Position numbers and translations under genes: made by a program
The notes under the pieces: model-generated
What the model was told of the DNA's origin: nothing
Databases searched by the model: none
What the model saw: only the letters and a program-made list of their open reading frames with translations
Assembly (NCBI GenBank): GCA_965201075.1
Contig: CBDAVP010000004.1
Span: forward strand, 1-64,000
Origin: Isosphaeraceae bacterium
Lineage (GTDB): Bacteria > Planctomycetota > Planctomycetia > Isosphaerales > Isosphaeraceae
DNA length: 64,000 bases
Direction: 5' to 3'
In this document: one piece after another, positions 52,244 through 62,578 of the stretch
How the letters are laid out: every line of letters starts with the position of its first letter
How positions within the stretch are numbered: the first letter of the stretch is position 1

Positions 52244-52272
52244 TTGACAAGGTCCGGCCTTGGCCGTATCTT
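52244..52272 (+). promoter_or_regulatory. Sigma70-like promoter of the lol operon
   Basis: TTGACA-17 nt-TATCTT. Confidence 0.6.
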
Positions 52273-52321
52273 CCGCGCCTCCCGATCCCTCGGCCATTCC
52301 ACGGAAGGACGGCCCCGGCCC

Positions 52322-53737
52322 ATGTACAAATATCTTCTCTGCTGGCGATACCTGCGCACCCGCTACATCGCCCTGGCGAGCATCGTCAGCGTAATGCTGG
52401 GGGTGGCGACGATGATCGTCGTCAACGGAGTCATGGCCGGATTCGCCGAGAAGATGCGCGACCGTCTGCACGGGGTCCTGGCCGATGTGGTCGTCGAGTC
52501 GGTCGACTCCGTTGGCGGGTTCGCCGACCCCGACGCGATCGTCGCCAAGGTTCACCAGGTCGGGGGGGACCGCGTCGTCGCCATCGCGCCGACGGTCGAG
52601 ACCCCCGGCATGTTGACGATCGTCACCCCCGGGTCTCAACAGGTCATCCAGAAACTGGTGCAGGTGATCGGCATCAGTCCCGAGGAACGGGCCAGGACGG
52701 GCGACTTCGCCGAGTACCTGTTCAACCAGAAGGGGAAAAAGATGCCGGTCCCCTCACTGGAAGTGCCCGAGCGGTTCCGCCTGAACAACTCCCCAGCCGG
52801 CGAGATCCTCCAGGGGATGGACCCCTCCGACCCGTTCTACGCCGACATGAAGGCCGACGCACTCAAACAGGTCCCGGCGCAGGGGGCCATCCTCGGCTAT
52901 GCCGTGGCCACCGCCCACATCCCCGGCGTGAAGGACGACTATTTCCTCTGCCCCGAAGGGGCCCGCGTCCTCCTGTCCTTCCCCACCGCCGGGCGTACCC
53001 CCAAGGCGGTCCAGGACGATTTCACCGTCATCGGCTATTCCAAGAGCGGCATGAGCGAGTACGACTCGACCCACGTCTTCGTCCCGATCGAGCGTCTCCA
53101 GTACCTCCGAGGCGTCGGCGACGGCAAGGGCCGGGGCCGGGTCACGCACCTCCAGATCAAGGCGAAGCCCGGCACCGACCTCGACAAGCTGGCCTACGAC
53201 CTCCAGTTGGAGTTGGAGCGAATCCGCCCGACGTACTTCCACGTCTCGACCTGGGAGCAGAAGCAGGGGGCCATTCTGGGCGCCGTGGCGATCGAGCAGA
53301 GCATCCTGAACATGCTCCTGTTCTTCATCATCGCCGTGGCCGGGTTCGGCATCCTGGCGACGTTCTCGATGATCGTCGTGGAGAAGACTCGCGACATCGG
53401 CATCCTCAAGGCGCTGGGGGCCACCAGCGGCGGCGTCCGCCAGATCTTCCTGGGCTATGGGCTGCTGCTGGGGCTGGTCGGCAGCGGCGTCGGCATGCTC
53501 GGCGGCCTTTGGTTCGTCTGGAAGATCAACGTCATCGAGAAGTATCTGAGCGAACTGACCGGGCGCAAGGTCTTCGACGACGCCATTTATTACTTCAACG
53601 AGATCCCCACCAAGATCGACCCGGCCACCGTCGCCTGGATCGTCGGCGGGACCTTGCTCATCGCCGTGGGGGCCAGCGTCTGGCCGGCTCACCGGGCCTC
53701 GAAACTCCGGCCTGTCCAGGCCCTGCGGTTCGAGTGA
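52322..53737 (+). CDS. Lipoprotein-releasing ABC transporter permease (LolC/E family)
   Basis: RYLRTR..SVMLGVATMIVVNGVMAGF, VVEKTRDIGILKALGA, PVQALRFE. Confidence 0.9.
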   Translation: MYKYLLCWRYLRTRYIALASIVSVMLGVATMIVVNGVMAGFAEKMRDRLHGVLADVVVESVDSVGGFADPDAIVAKVHQVGGDRVVAIAPTVETPGMLTIVTPGSQQVIQKLVQVIGISPEERARTGDFAEYLFNQKGKKMPVPSLEVPERFRLNNSPAGEILQGMDPSDPFYADMKADALKQVPAQGAILGYAVATAHIPGVKDDYFLCPEGARVLLSFPTAGRTPKAVQDDFTVIGYSKSGMSEYDSTHVFVPIERLQYLRGVGDGKGRGRVTHLQIKAKPGTDLDKLAYDLQLELERIRPTYFHVSTWEQKQGAILGAVAIEQSILNMLLFFIIAVAGFGILATFSMIVVEKTRDIGILKALGATSGGVRQIFLGYGLLLGLVGSGVGMLGGLWFVWKINVIEKYLSELTGRKVFDDAIYYFNEIPTKIDPATVAWIVGGTLLIAVGASVWPAHRASKLRPVQALRFE

Positions 53738-53794
53738 TGTCCAAACGGTTCGATCGACCGGCGACCCGACCACCGTCCCCCGAGGCCCCGACGC

Positions 53795-54505
53795 ATGCCT
53801 AGCCACCTCTCGGCGATGAACCTCGCCAAGTCGTATCGCAAGGGGAAAAACCCCGTCCCCGTGCTCCGGGGCGTCGACCTCGACGTCGAACGGGGCGAGC
53901 TCGTGGCCATCGTCGGCGCCAGCGGCTCGGGCAAAAGCACCCTGCTGCACGTCCTGGGCCTGCTCGACACCCCCGACGCCGGCGCCGTTCTGCTCGACGG
54001 CAAGCGGATCGACGACCGGCCCGACCGCCGTCGCGACGAACTGCGCAACCGCACGTTCGGTTTTGTCTTCCAGTTCTATCACCTCCTGCCCGAACTCACG
54101 GCGCTGGAGAATGTTCTGACGCCGCAGTTGATCCGCCTGGGGCCCCTGGCCTACCTCCGCCAGCGACGGCGGCTCCGGTCCGAGGCGACCGCCCTGCTGG
54201 AGCGTGTCGGGCTGGGGCACCGCCTGGACCACTATCCCAACGAGCTCTCCGGCGGCGAGATGCAGCGCACGGCGATCGCCCGCGCCCTGGCCGGCGAGCC
54301 GTCGATCCTGCTGGCCGACGAGCCGACCGGCAACCTTGACGCCGAGGCTGGCCGGGGCGTGCTGGACCTCCTGCGCGACTTGAACCGGGAACGGTCGCTC
54401 ACTATGATGATGGTCACGCACGACACGATGATCGCCCAGCAGGCCGACCGCACCGTCCGCCTGGCCGAGGGCCGGATCGAGGAATGGGCCCCCGCCCTGG
54501 CCTGA
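53795..54505 (+). CDS. lolD: Lipoprotein-releasing ABC transporter ATPase
   Basis: GASGSGKST, FVFQFYHLLPEL, LSGGEMQR, ADEPTGNLD. Confidence 0.88.
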   Translation: MPSHLSAMNLAKSYRKGKNPVPVLRGVDLDVERGELVAIVGASGSGKSTLLHVLGLLDTPDAGAVLLDGKRIDDRPDRRRDELRNRTFGFVFQFYHLLPELTALENVLTPQLIRLGPLAYLRQRRRLRSEATALLERVGLGHRLDHYPNELSGGEMQRTAIARALAGEPSILLADEPTGNLDAEAGRGVLDLLRDLNRERSLTMMMVTHDTMIAQQADRTVRLAEGRIEEWAPALA

Positions 54506-54543
54506 AACCAAGGCTGGGTCGGGGGCCGCGGAGTCTCCCGAGG

Positions 54544-55407
54544 ATGAGCAGCCCCAAGGTCCGCATCGGTGGCAAGCTCTACGAGAAGGCCGACGCCAAG
54601 ATCAGCGTCTTCGACCACGGGTTGCTGTACGGCGACGGCGTCTTTGAAGGCATTCGGGCCTACTCCGGCCGAGTCTTCCGCCTCGACCAGCACCTGACTC
54701 GCCTCTACGAGTCGGCCCGAGCCATCCACCTGCGCATCCCGATCGAAAAGGCCGCCCTGGCCCGCGATGTCCTCGACACGCTGGAGGTCAACGGCCTGCG
54801 GGACGCCTACATCCGCCTGATCGTCACCCGAGGTTCGGGCTCGCTGGGGTTGGACCCCCGCAAGACGACCGACCCTCAGATCATCATCATCACCGACGCG
54901 ATCAGCCTTTATCCGCCGGAACTGTACCAGCACGGCTTGAAGATCGTCACGGCCGGGACGATCCGCAACCACCCCGGGGCCCTCAGTCCTCGGATCAAGT
55001 CGCTGAACTACCTGAACAACATCATGGCCAAGATCGAGGGGACCAACGCCGGTTGCCTCGAAGCGTTGATGCTCAACCACAAGGGCGAGGTCGCCGAATG
55101 CACCGGCGACAACATCTTCCTGGTGAGGCGAGGCGAGTTGCACACGCCATCGATCGACGCGGGCATCCTCGAAGGGATCACCCGGGACGCCGTGATCGAG
55201 ATCGCTCGCGGGACCGGCTTGACCGTGGTCGAACGGGCGATGGATCGACACGACGTCTACACGGCCGACGAATGCTTCCTGACGGGCACGGCCGCCGAGG
55301 TCATCCCGGTGGTCGAGTGCGACGGCCGGCCGATCGGCAACGGCCAGCCGGGCCCAATCACTCGCGACCTGCTGGAACGATTCCACGCCCTCGTTCGCCA
55401 GGGTTGA
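54544..55407 (+). CDS. ilvE: Branched-chain amino acid aminotransferase
   Basis: DHGLLYGDGVFEG, KSLNYLNN, ILEGITR, FLTGTAAE. Confidence 0.94.
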   Translation: MSSPKVRIGGKLYEKADAKISVFDHGLLYGDGVFEGIRAYSGRVFRLDQHLTRLYESARAIHLRIPIEKAALARDVLDTLEVNGLRDAYIRLIVTRGSGSLGLDPRKTTDPQIIIITDAISLYPPELYQHGLKIVTAGTIRNHPGALSPRIKSLNYLNNIMAKIEGTNAGCLEALMLNHKGEVAECTGDNIFLVRRGELHTPSIDAGILEGITRDAVIEIARGTGLTVVERAMDRHDVYTADECFLTGTAAEVIPVVECDGRPIGNGQPGPITRDLLERFHALVRQG

Positions 55408-55414
55408 GAGAATC

Positions 55415-55951
55415 ATGCCCGACCCGCCGCCCACGCCTCCTCGACGTGTCATCTTCCGGGGGCGGAAGGTGGACGTGGCCCTGCAATCCCTGACTCATTC
55501 CGACGGCACAACGGTCGATCGCGAGGTCATCCTCCACCCCGGCGCCGTGGCATTGGTGCCGATGGTGGACGACGACCACGTTTGCCTGATCCACGTCCAC
55601 CGCCTGGCGATCAACGCGGTCTCCCTGGAAATCCCGGCCGGGACGCTCGAACCCGGTGAATCGCCCGACGCCACCGCCCCCCGAGAGCTTCGCGAGGAGA
55701 CCGGCTACACCGCCGAACGCATCCGACGGGTCGGCGAGTGGTGGGTCTCCCCCTCGCTGTTCACCGAGCGGATGTACCTCTACCTTTGCGAGGGCCTCAC
55801 GCCTGGCCCGACCGACCACCAGCCCGACGAACAGATTACCTCGGTCGTCCTGCCCTGGTCCGAGGCCATCGCGATGGCACTGGACGGGCGCATCGAGGAC
55901 GCCAAATCCCGCCTCGCCCTGCTCCTGTGCGACCGCTTGCGTCGTTCTTGA
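55415..55951 (+). CDS. NUDIX hydrolase (ADP-ribose pyrophosphatase-like)
   Basis: HPGAV, EIPAGTLEPGE..RELREETGY. Confidence 0.9.
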   Translation: MPDPPPTPPRRVIFRGRKVDVALQSLTHSDGTTVDREVILHPGAVALVPMVDDDHVCLIHVHRLAINAVSLEIPAGTLEPGESPDATAPRELREETGYTAERIRRVGEWWVSPSLFTERMYLYLCEGLTPGPTDHQPDEQITSVVLPWSEAIAMALDGRIEDAKSRLALLLCDRLRRS

Positions 55952-56006
55952 CGCTCCGCGTGGTGAAGCCCTCCCAGGCCGTCGAGGAAGGGCTCGAACT
56001 CATCCC

Positions 56007-56729
56007 TTAGGGAATGTCCGACGCGCCGGAACCCGTCGGTGTCGTCTCGGACGTTGGCTTCGGCTCGCCATTGTCTCCAGGAGACTGCGTTCCCAGAGCA
56101 TGGGCCCCGGCGCTCTCCAGAAAAGGCGTCGGGTCGGTCGTCGTCGGGTCGGCGAGCGGCGGGGACGCCGACAAGTCCAGAGGAGGAGTGACGAGTGGCG
56201 TCGTGGAGGTTCCCAGGTAGGTCGAGGATGTCGTGGGGCCATATCCCGGTTGGAAAGGCCCGACACCATATCCATACTCCGTTGCGCTACCCAAATAGGC
56301 GCGGTGGTAATAAGTTCCGCCGAAGCCCCCTCCCCATCCCAGGCCACCACCCCATCCACCGTAGCCGCCGTGACCATAGCCACCGTGGCCAAAGCCGCCA
56401 TAACCGTTGTGGCCGCCGAAATGGTTGTTCGTGATGTTTCCGTCGTGGCCATGGTTGCCGTTGTGGTTGGGACCAGCCTGCGCGTGATGGCCGGCGGCGG
56501 CGTGATGGGCCACTGGGGTGTGATGCGCCCCACCGCTTTTGTGCGGCGTCGTGTGGTGGGCGCCGCCGTGGTGACCGCCCGCGGCGCGATGACCACCGCC
56601 GCCGTGATGACCACCGCCGCTATGGCCTCCCCCGTGAGCAAACGCGACGGGGGCGGGCATCGCCAGCGCCGCGAGCCCGACCGCCCACCGACCCAACTTT
56701 CGCAACCCAGCCCCCGAGATGTGAGTCAT
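56007..56729 (-). CDS. Secreted Gly/His-rich low-complexity protein
   Basis: Signal peptide ending AFA; GGGHH repeats, GGYG repeats, Pro/Thr tail. Confidence 0.65.
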   Translation of the reverse strand: MTHISGAGLRKLGRWAVGLAALAMPAPVAFAHGGGHSGGGHHGGGGHRAAGGHHGGAHHTTPHKSGGAHHTPVAHHAAAGHHAQAGPNHNGNHGHDGNITNNHFGGHNGYGGFGHGGYGHGGYGGWGGGLGWGGGFGGTYYHRAYLGSATEYGYGVGPFQPGYGPTTSSTYLGTSTTPLVTPPLDLSASPPLADPTTTDPTPFLESAGAHALGTQSPGDNGEPKPTSETTPTGSGASDIP

Positions 56730-56875
56730 GGCCAGTGTCTCCCCGACGGTTCCGAGCCTGCCGACGCCGCGGACCGAATCGCAACCGGTGGTCTCGACAA
56801 CCGTCCCCTTCTTGAAGATGCCCAACCCCACAATTCTAGGTGAAAATCCCGGGTGGAGCACTCCGTCCTCGGGTT

Positions 56876-58354
56876 TCATCCTTTAATAACCCCGACGGGG
56901 CGCAATCGGACCGCCCTTCGAGCCAGACCCGCCCGTTCCACAACCTCGGTGACGCGGTCGACGTCCTTGTAAGCGGCCGGCTGCTCCTCGGCCAAACCCT
57001 TGTGCCCTCGGGCCCGGGCGATGATTCCCAGCGCGTCCAGTTCCTTGTCGATCCGCCGACCCCCAGCCAGTCGAACCGCCGCGGTCCGGGACATCGCCCG
57101 ACCGGCGCCGTGGCAGCACGAGCCGAAGGCGTGCTCCATCGAGCCGGGCAAGCCGGTCAAGACCCAGGAGGCCGTCCCCATCGACCCTGGCACGATCACC
57201 GGCTGGCCGATCGCCGCTCCCCGGCCCTCGCCCCCTCGGTAGACTTCGGGAATCTCGTCGTGGCCCGGCGGGAACGCCCGGGTCGCCCCTTTGCGGTGGA
57301 CGCAGACCGTCTTGACCAGCCCGTCGATGGTGTGTTCCTCGAACTTGGCGATGTTGTGGGCCACATCGTAAACCTGGACCAGGCCGAGTTCTTCCCAGGG
57401 ACGACCGAGCACCCGAGCGAAGCATTCCCGGGCCTGGTAGGCCAGAAGCTGGCGGTTGCACCAGGCGTAGTTGGCCGCCGCCCGCATCGCCCCCAGATAC
57501 TTCTGACCTTCCGGGCTACGCACCGGGGCGCAGGCAAGCTGACCATCGGGCAGGGTAAACCCGTACTTCAACGGCGCCCCGCGGAAGGCGGCAAGGTTGT
57601 CGTCACAGACCTGATACCCCAGCCCGCGCGACCCCGAGTGGATTAGAACCGTGATTTGCCCCTCGCGAAGACCCATCACCGAGGCGGCGTGGTCGTCCAG
57701 CACGCGGTCGACGACCTGCACCTCCAGGAAGTGGTTGCCCGAGCCGAGCGTGCCGCACTGGTCGTAACCTCGTTCGTAGGCGCGGTCACTGACGAGATTC
57801 GGGTCGGCGCCGTCGAGCCGGCCGCCGGCTTCGGTGCGGCGGAGATCGTCTTCCGTGCCGAAACCCCGATCCACCACGTACTTCGAGCCCACGGCCATGA
57901 GTTCGGCCAGATCGGGCTTGGCGAACTTGAAGTGACCCGACTGGCCGACGCCGGTGGGAACATCTCGAAAGAGCTGGTCGACCAGCGGCCGGATGGAATG
58001 ACGGACGTCGGCCCACTCCAGGTCCGATCGCAGCAGGCGGACGCCGCAGTTGATGTCGTATCCCACCCCTCCCGGAGAGATCACTCCGCCTTCCTCGGGA
58101 TCAGTGGCCGCGACACCGCCGATGGCGAACCCGTAGCCCCAGTGGATGTCGGGCATCGCCAGGCTGGCCACCTGGATTCCGGGCAGGGTCGCCACGTTGG
58201 CCACCTGCTCGGGCCCCTGGTCCTTGCGAATCTGTTGAATCAGGGTCTCGTCGGCGAAGATCAGGCCGTCGACGCGCATATCCTCCCGGTACGCCTTGGG
58301 GATGCGCCAACGGCAGGACCCGTCCGGCTCCAACGGTCCTCGGTAGTCGCCCAT
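56876..58354 (-). CDS. rtcB: RNA ligase RtcB
   Basis: MPDIHWGYGF, GYDINCG, GSGNHFLE, HSGSRG, HRKGAT, HGAGR, AYKDV. Confidence 0.95.
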   Translation of the reverse strand: MGDYRGPLEPDGSCRWRIPKAYREDMRVDGLIFADETLIQQIRKDQGPEQVANVATLPGIQVASLAMPDIHWGYGFAIGGVAATDPEEGGVISPGGVGYDINCGVRLLRSDLEWADVRHSIRPLVDQLFRDVPTGVGQSGHFKFAKPDLAELMAVGSKYVVDRGFGTEDDLRRTEAGGRLDGADPNLVSDRAYERGYDQCGTLGSGNHFLEVQVVDRVLDDHAASVMGLREGQITVLIHSGSRGLGYQVCDDNLAAFRGAPLKYGFTLPDGQLACAPVRSPEGQKYLGAMRAAANYAWCNRQLLAYQARECFARVLGRPWEELGLVQVYDVAHNIAKFEEHTIDGLVKTVCVHRKGATRAFPPGHDEIPEVYRGGEGRGAAIGQPVIVPGSMGTASWVLTGLPGSMEHAFGSCCHGAGRAMSRTAAVRLAGGRRIDKELDALGIIARARGHKGLAEEQPAAYKDVDRVTEVVERAGLARRAVRLRPVGVIKG

Positions 58355-58865
58355 GAAGATTCCTCCTCTCACAAATGTCCAACCCGCCGCTTCCCGACGT
58401 CGGACCCTTCCGTCGCCGTTCGACTCTCCTATAATCCGTCCAATCGGACACCGCGTTCCCCGACTGGGGTTCGCGAATCCTCTCTCCCCGAAATTCTTGA
58501 CGGCGAATTTCCCCGGGTCCACGGGGTCGGGACAGTCTTGGTTCGGATTCGGATACGCCCGAGGATTCTGGCTCAAGTCACGGAGGTGGCCGATCCGAAG
58601 TCGGAAAACAGAACGCTTGCGCAAATTTCCGCGTAGAATTGATGTGGAGAGTGCGGCGTTCCTCCAGTCGAGTCCTCGCCGTTCCCAGCGGCGAGGTGGC
58701 CCCGGGGGTCGGGGCAAGAGCTACCCTTCATCGAGGTGCGATCCGCCCACAAACCACCACCGGCGACGGCGGGCCGAGCAAGTCATGCGCATCGCCAGCA
58801 CATGGCGACGAGGTCAGCGCCCTCCAGCTCCGCTCGTCGCTCCGGTCAAGCCTAGGGGGCCATCC

Positions 58866-60533
58866 ATGTTGCACCCAACCCGCCGGGCTTCCACCGCCTG
58901 TGTCATTGCGCTGGGCTTCGCGGCTTGCTTGGGCTGCGTCAAACCGTCCGCCGCGAGGGGCGAGGCCGCTCCCGAAGTCCGCGACCGCCTCTTGCGTTAT
59001 GCCCGAGACACCTGGCACTCCTTCGAGGCGCTGGGTCGTCCTGGAGGACTTCCGGCCGACTTCTTGACGGTCGCCAGTGACGGCACGTGGACCACCGCCC
59101 CGTTCACCTCGCCGACGGACATCGCCGCCTACCTGTGGAGCACCCAGGCCGCCGACGCCCTGAGGCTGATCGACCACGACGAGGCCGGCCGCCGCCTGGC
59201 CCAGACCCTGGAAACCCTCTCCCGGGTTGAGCGGGCTCACGGCTTCTTCTTCAACTGGTACGACGCCGAAACGGGGGCCCGGCTCTCGACCTGGCCCCTG
59301 GGTGGTCACCCGACTCGCCCCTTTCTGTCCAGCGTCGACAACGGTTGGCTCGCCGCGGCCTTGATGATGGTCGCCCACTCGCGGCCCGAGTTACAAGCCC
59401 AGGCCGAGGCGCTGCTCGCCCCAATGGACTTCCGCTTCTTCTATGATCCCTACGACCCGGCCGACCCGATCGCGCATCCTGGTCAGCTTGTCATCGGCTA
59501 CTGGGTCGACGACAAGACCTACACCCCCTATCATTACGGCCTGGCCAACACCGAACCCCGCATCGCCTCCTATATTGGAATCGCGCGCGGCGACCTGCCC
59601 GCCGAGCACTATTACCGCTTGAATCGTACGATCCCCTCGCGGCTCGGGGGCCGAGAGCCCGCCCCGGCCGGCGAGGCCCGCACTTATTCCGGGGTGACCG
59701 TCTTCGAGGGGCACACAACGTATCGAGGGGCAGGAATCGTTCCGACCTGGGGTGGCAGCATGTTCGAGGCCTTGATGGTCCCCCTGTTCGTGCCCGAGGA
59801 CCGTTGGGCTCCCCAAAGCTGGGGCCTGAATCATCCGCTCTACGCGCGCGCCCAGGTCGAATATGGCCTGAACGAAGCAAGATACGGGTACTGGGGGTTC
59901 TCCCCTTCCAAAAGCCCGCACGGCGGCTATCGGGAGTACGGGGTTCCGTCCCTGGCGACCAAGCCAATCGGCTACCCATCCGGTGACGCGGCCGGAACTG
60001 GCCTGACCCCGGAGGGCCCCGACGCTCCGCTGGACGGCGTTGTCACCCCCCACGCCTCGTTCCTTGCCTTGAACTTCGTGCCCGACGCCGCGATGGCCAA
60101 TCTTAAAGCCCTGGAGGAGAAATTCCCCGCTTACGGCCCATTCGGGTTTTACGACTCGGTGGACGTGAAGTCGGGAAAGGTTTCCAACTGCATCCTCTCG
60201 CTGGACCAGGGAATGGTGCTCGCCGCCATCGCCAACCACCTGGAGGGGGACGTCCTGCGCCATCAGCTCTGCGACGGACAGGTGGAAACGGCCGTTCGCC
60301 CGCTAATCGAACCGGAGCAGTTCACGGCCTTCTGGCCAGCGTCCCCCGCCTCGGCCGCCACGACCAGTTCGATTCCCGCCCCGGCCTTGGGACAGGCGTT
60401 GTCCGAGGCTGGTCCTCCCGTCCCCAGGGAAATTCCCGGTCAACCGGCCGAGGTGGCGGCCCAGAGCGTCGAGGGCAAGACCCGCCCTCGGCCCCGACGG
60501 CCTTATCGCCCTCCTTCGCCATCAAGGGCCTGA
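58866..60533 (+). CDS. Glucoamylase-family / DUF3131 glycoside hydrolase (beta-1,2-glucan related), probable lipoprotein
   Basis: TSPTDI, GFFFNWYD, SSVDNG, WGGSMFEAL, GFYDSVD, LDQGM. Confidence 0.8.
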   Translation: MLHPTRRASTACVIALGFAACLGCVKPSAARGEAAPEVRDRLLRYARDTWHSFEALGRPGGLPADFLTVASDGTWTTAPFTSPTDIAAYLWSTQAADALRLIDHDEAGRRLAQTLETLSRVERAHGFFFNWYDAETGARLSTWPLGGHPTRPFLSSVDNGWLAAALMMVAHSRPELQAQAEALLAPMDFRFFYDPYDPADPIAHPGQLVIGYWVDDKTYTPYHYGLANTEPRIASYIGIARGDLPAEHYYRLNRTIPSRLGGREPAPAGEARTYSGVTVFEGHTTYRGAGIVPTWGGSMFEALMVPLFVPEDRWAPQSWGLNHPLYARAQVEYGLNEARYGYWGFSPSKSPHGGYREYGVPSLATKPIGYPSGDAAGTGLTPEGPDAPLDGVVTPHASFLALNFVPDAAMANLKALEEKFPAYGPFGFYDSVDVKSGKVSNCILSLDQGMVLAAIANHLEGDVLRHQLCDGQVETAVRPLIEPEQFTAFWPASPASAATTSSIPAPALGQALSEAGPPVPREIPGQPAEVAAQSVEGKTRPRPRRPYRPPSPSRA

Positions 60534-60607
60534 GTCCGACGATTCCTACCGCGGCATGGGATGCCGACGAACATCCATCGAAGGCGAAGAGTCCGTTTTA
60601 GCGTGTT

Positions 60608-61711
60608 CTACACCAGGGCCAGGCCCGTCGCTGGGTCGAACCAGGACGCTCGGGTCAGGTCGAGATGGACGGTCAACTCGTCGCCGGTCCTCGGCAAAAG
60701 CTCGGACGCCGACAGTCGCAGGCGGATCAGCCCGCCGGCGGTTGCGAGTGTGGCGATCACTTCATGGCCGGCGGGCTCGACAAGTCTTACCATTCCAATG
60801 ACCTTGAGGCGAGTCGCTCCGTCGGTGAGCGCGACGTGCTCGGGTCTCAGTCCAAGCTCCACACGCCCCGCGCCTCGGCGACGCAAGGGCCGGGTCCACG
60901 GTTCGTCGGCGTCGAGAGTCGTCCCACTCTCGCCCAGGCGGAGCGAAAGCGTCCCCACCGCATCGGATTGCAAGGTCGCGTCCAGGAAGCTCATCGGCGG
61001 GTGGCCCAGGAACTGGCCCACGAACCGAGTCGCCGGGCGGCGATAGACCTCGGCCGGCGGCCCTTCCTGCGCGAGCTTGCCGCGTTCGAGGACCGCGAGC
61101 CGATCGGCCAGGGCCAGGGCCTCGGCCTGATCGTGAGTGACCAGGATCGTGGTGGTCCCGAGCCTTCGGACCATCGCCCGCAGATCGGCGCGGATCTCGG
61201 CCCGCAGGAGGGCATCAAGGTTCGAGAGGGGTTCGTCGAGGAGCAAGATTGCCGGGCGTCGGGCCAGGGCGCGACCCAGGGCGACCCGTTGCCGCTGGCC
61301 CCCGGAGAGGGTCGAGGGGCGGCGACGGAGGCAGTCGGAGAGGCCCAGGGCGGCGGCGGTCTCTTGCACTCGGGCGCGAATCTCGGCGGCGGGGACCTTG
61401 CGGGCACGCAGACCGAACGCCAGGTTCTCGAAGACGTCCAGGTGGGGATAGGGGGCGGGGTCCTGTGAGACCCACGCGACGTCGCGGTCGCGAGGGGCCA
61501 GCCGGGAGGCGGGACGGCCGTTCAGCAGCACCCGGCCAAAAGTCGGCTCGTCCAGGCCAGCGATCAGTCGCAGCAGGGTGGTCTTCCCCGAGCCCGACGG
61601 ACCCAGGAGAACGCGAAACTCGCCCGGTTCGACGGTCAGATTGACCTCGGAAAGGGCCAGAAACCCTCCGGGGAAGCATCGCCCGATGGCCTGAACCTCG
61701 ACTTTGGACAA
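60608..61711 (-). CDS. Sugar ABC transporter ATP-binding protein (MalK family)
   Basis: GPSGSGKTT, LSGGQRQR, LLDEPLSNLD, VTHDQAEA, LGLRPEH. Confidence 0.9.
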   Translation of the reverse strand: MSKVEVQAIGRCFPGGFLALSEVNLTVEPGEFRVLLGPSGSGKTTLLRLIAGLDEPTFGRVLLNGRPASRLAPRDRDVAWVSQDPAPYPHLDVFENLAFGLRARKVPAAEIRARVQETAAALGLSDCLRRRPSTLSGGQRQRVALGRALARRPAILLLDEPLSNLDALLRAEIRADLRAMVRRLGTTTILVTHDQAEALALADRLAVLERGKLAQEGPPAEVYRRPATRFVGQFLGHPPMSFLDATLQSDAVGTLSLRLGESGTTLDADEPWTRPLRRRGAGRVELGLRPEHVALTDGATRLKVIGMVRLVEPAGHEVIATLATAGGLIRLRLSASELLPRTGDELTVHLDLTRASWFDPATGLALV

Positions 61712-61939
61712 CCTCGCGACCCTCCCCGGCCCCTCGGCGACTTGACTCGTGGGCGGAGGGGATTGTAGCGGCGCGGAGACCCCAACACGACGCAGGACCC
61801 CGACGCTTGACGGGGCGCAGGGGTGTGCCGGATTATGGGTTGCGGACGCCCGGGGACCGGCGAGGTTGGCCCCGACGGAGATTTTCTCGCCAATTTCGGC
61901 CCGGGATCGCCGAACACCACGCCGCGACGAGACGTAACC

Positions 61940-62578
61940 ATGACGAAGGCCCTCGATTCGGCGGAGGACCTCGCCCGAGACACGGACGAGGCACTGCTCG
62001 GCCGCTATCGAGACCACGGCCAGACCGCCGACTTCGACGCGCTGGTCCACCGCTACGAGCGCGAGCTTTACCGCTACCTGGCCCGCTACCTGGGCAATCC
62101 GGCCCTGGCCGACGACGTCTTCCAGAACACCTTCCTGCAGGTCCACCTGAAACGCCATCTCTACGAGGACGGGCGGCCGTTCCGCCCGTGGCTGTATGCC
62201 ATCGCGACCCACCAGGCCGTCGACGCCCTACGCAAGGCTGGCCGCCACCCGACGGTCAGCCTGGATAAGCGCGGCGACGGTGGCGACAACGAGCCCGGGG
62301 CGCTGGTCGACCTCCTGGTCGGCGACGAGCCCGGTCCCCTCGCCCGTCTTCAGGGGGACGAGCGGGCTCGGTGGGTTCAGGATGCCATCGCTCGGCTGCC
62401 GGAAGTCCTGAGGGAAACGCTGATCCTGGCCTATTACCAGGATCTGAAGTATCGGGAGATCGCCGAGATCCAGAAGATCCCGGTGGGCACGGTCAAGTCC
62501 CGCCTGCACGCCGCATTGGCCAAACTGCAAGAGATGGCCCGCGGCCCTGGCCCCGACGGAAACGGTTCCCTCCCATGA
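61940..62578 (+). CDS. ECF RNA polymerase sigma factor
   Basis: DDVFQNTF, FRPWLYAIA, YREIAE..PVGTVKSRLH. Confidence 0.93.
   Translation: MTKALDSAEDLARDTDEALLGRYRDHGQTADFDALVHRYERELYRYLARYLGNPALADDVFQNTFLQVHLKRHLYEDGRPFRPWLYAIATHQAVDALRKAGRHPTVSLDKRGDGGDNEPGALVDLLVGDEPGPLARLQGDERARWVQDAIARLPEVLRETLILAYYQDLKYREIAEIQKIPVGTVKSRLHAALAKLQEMARGPGPDGNGSLP

Noticed and set aside
56876..58354. RtcB as the repair partner of the HEPN RNase
   Set aside because: About 28 kb apart and in housekeeping context; no evidence of linkage
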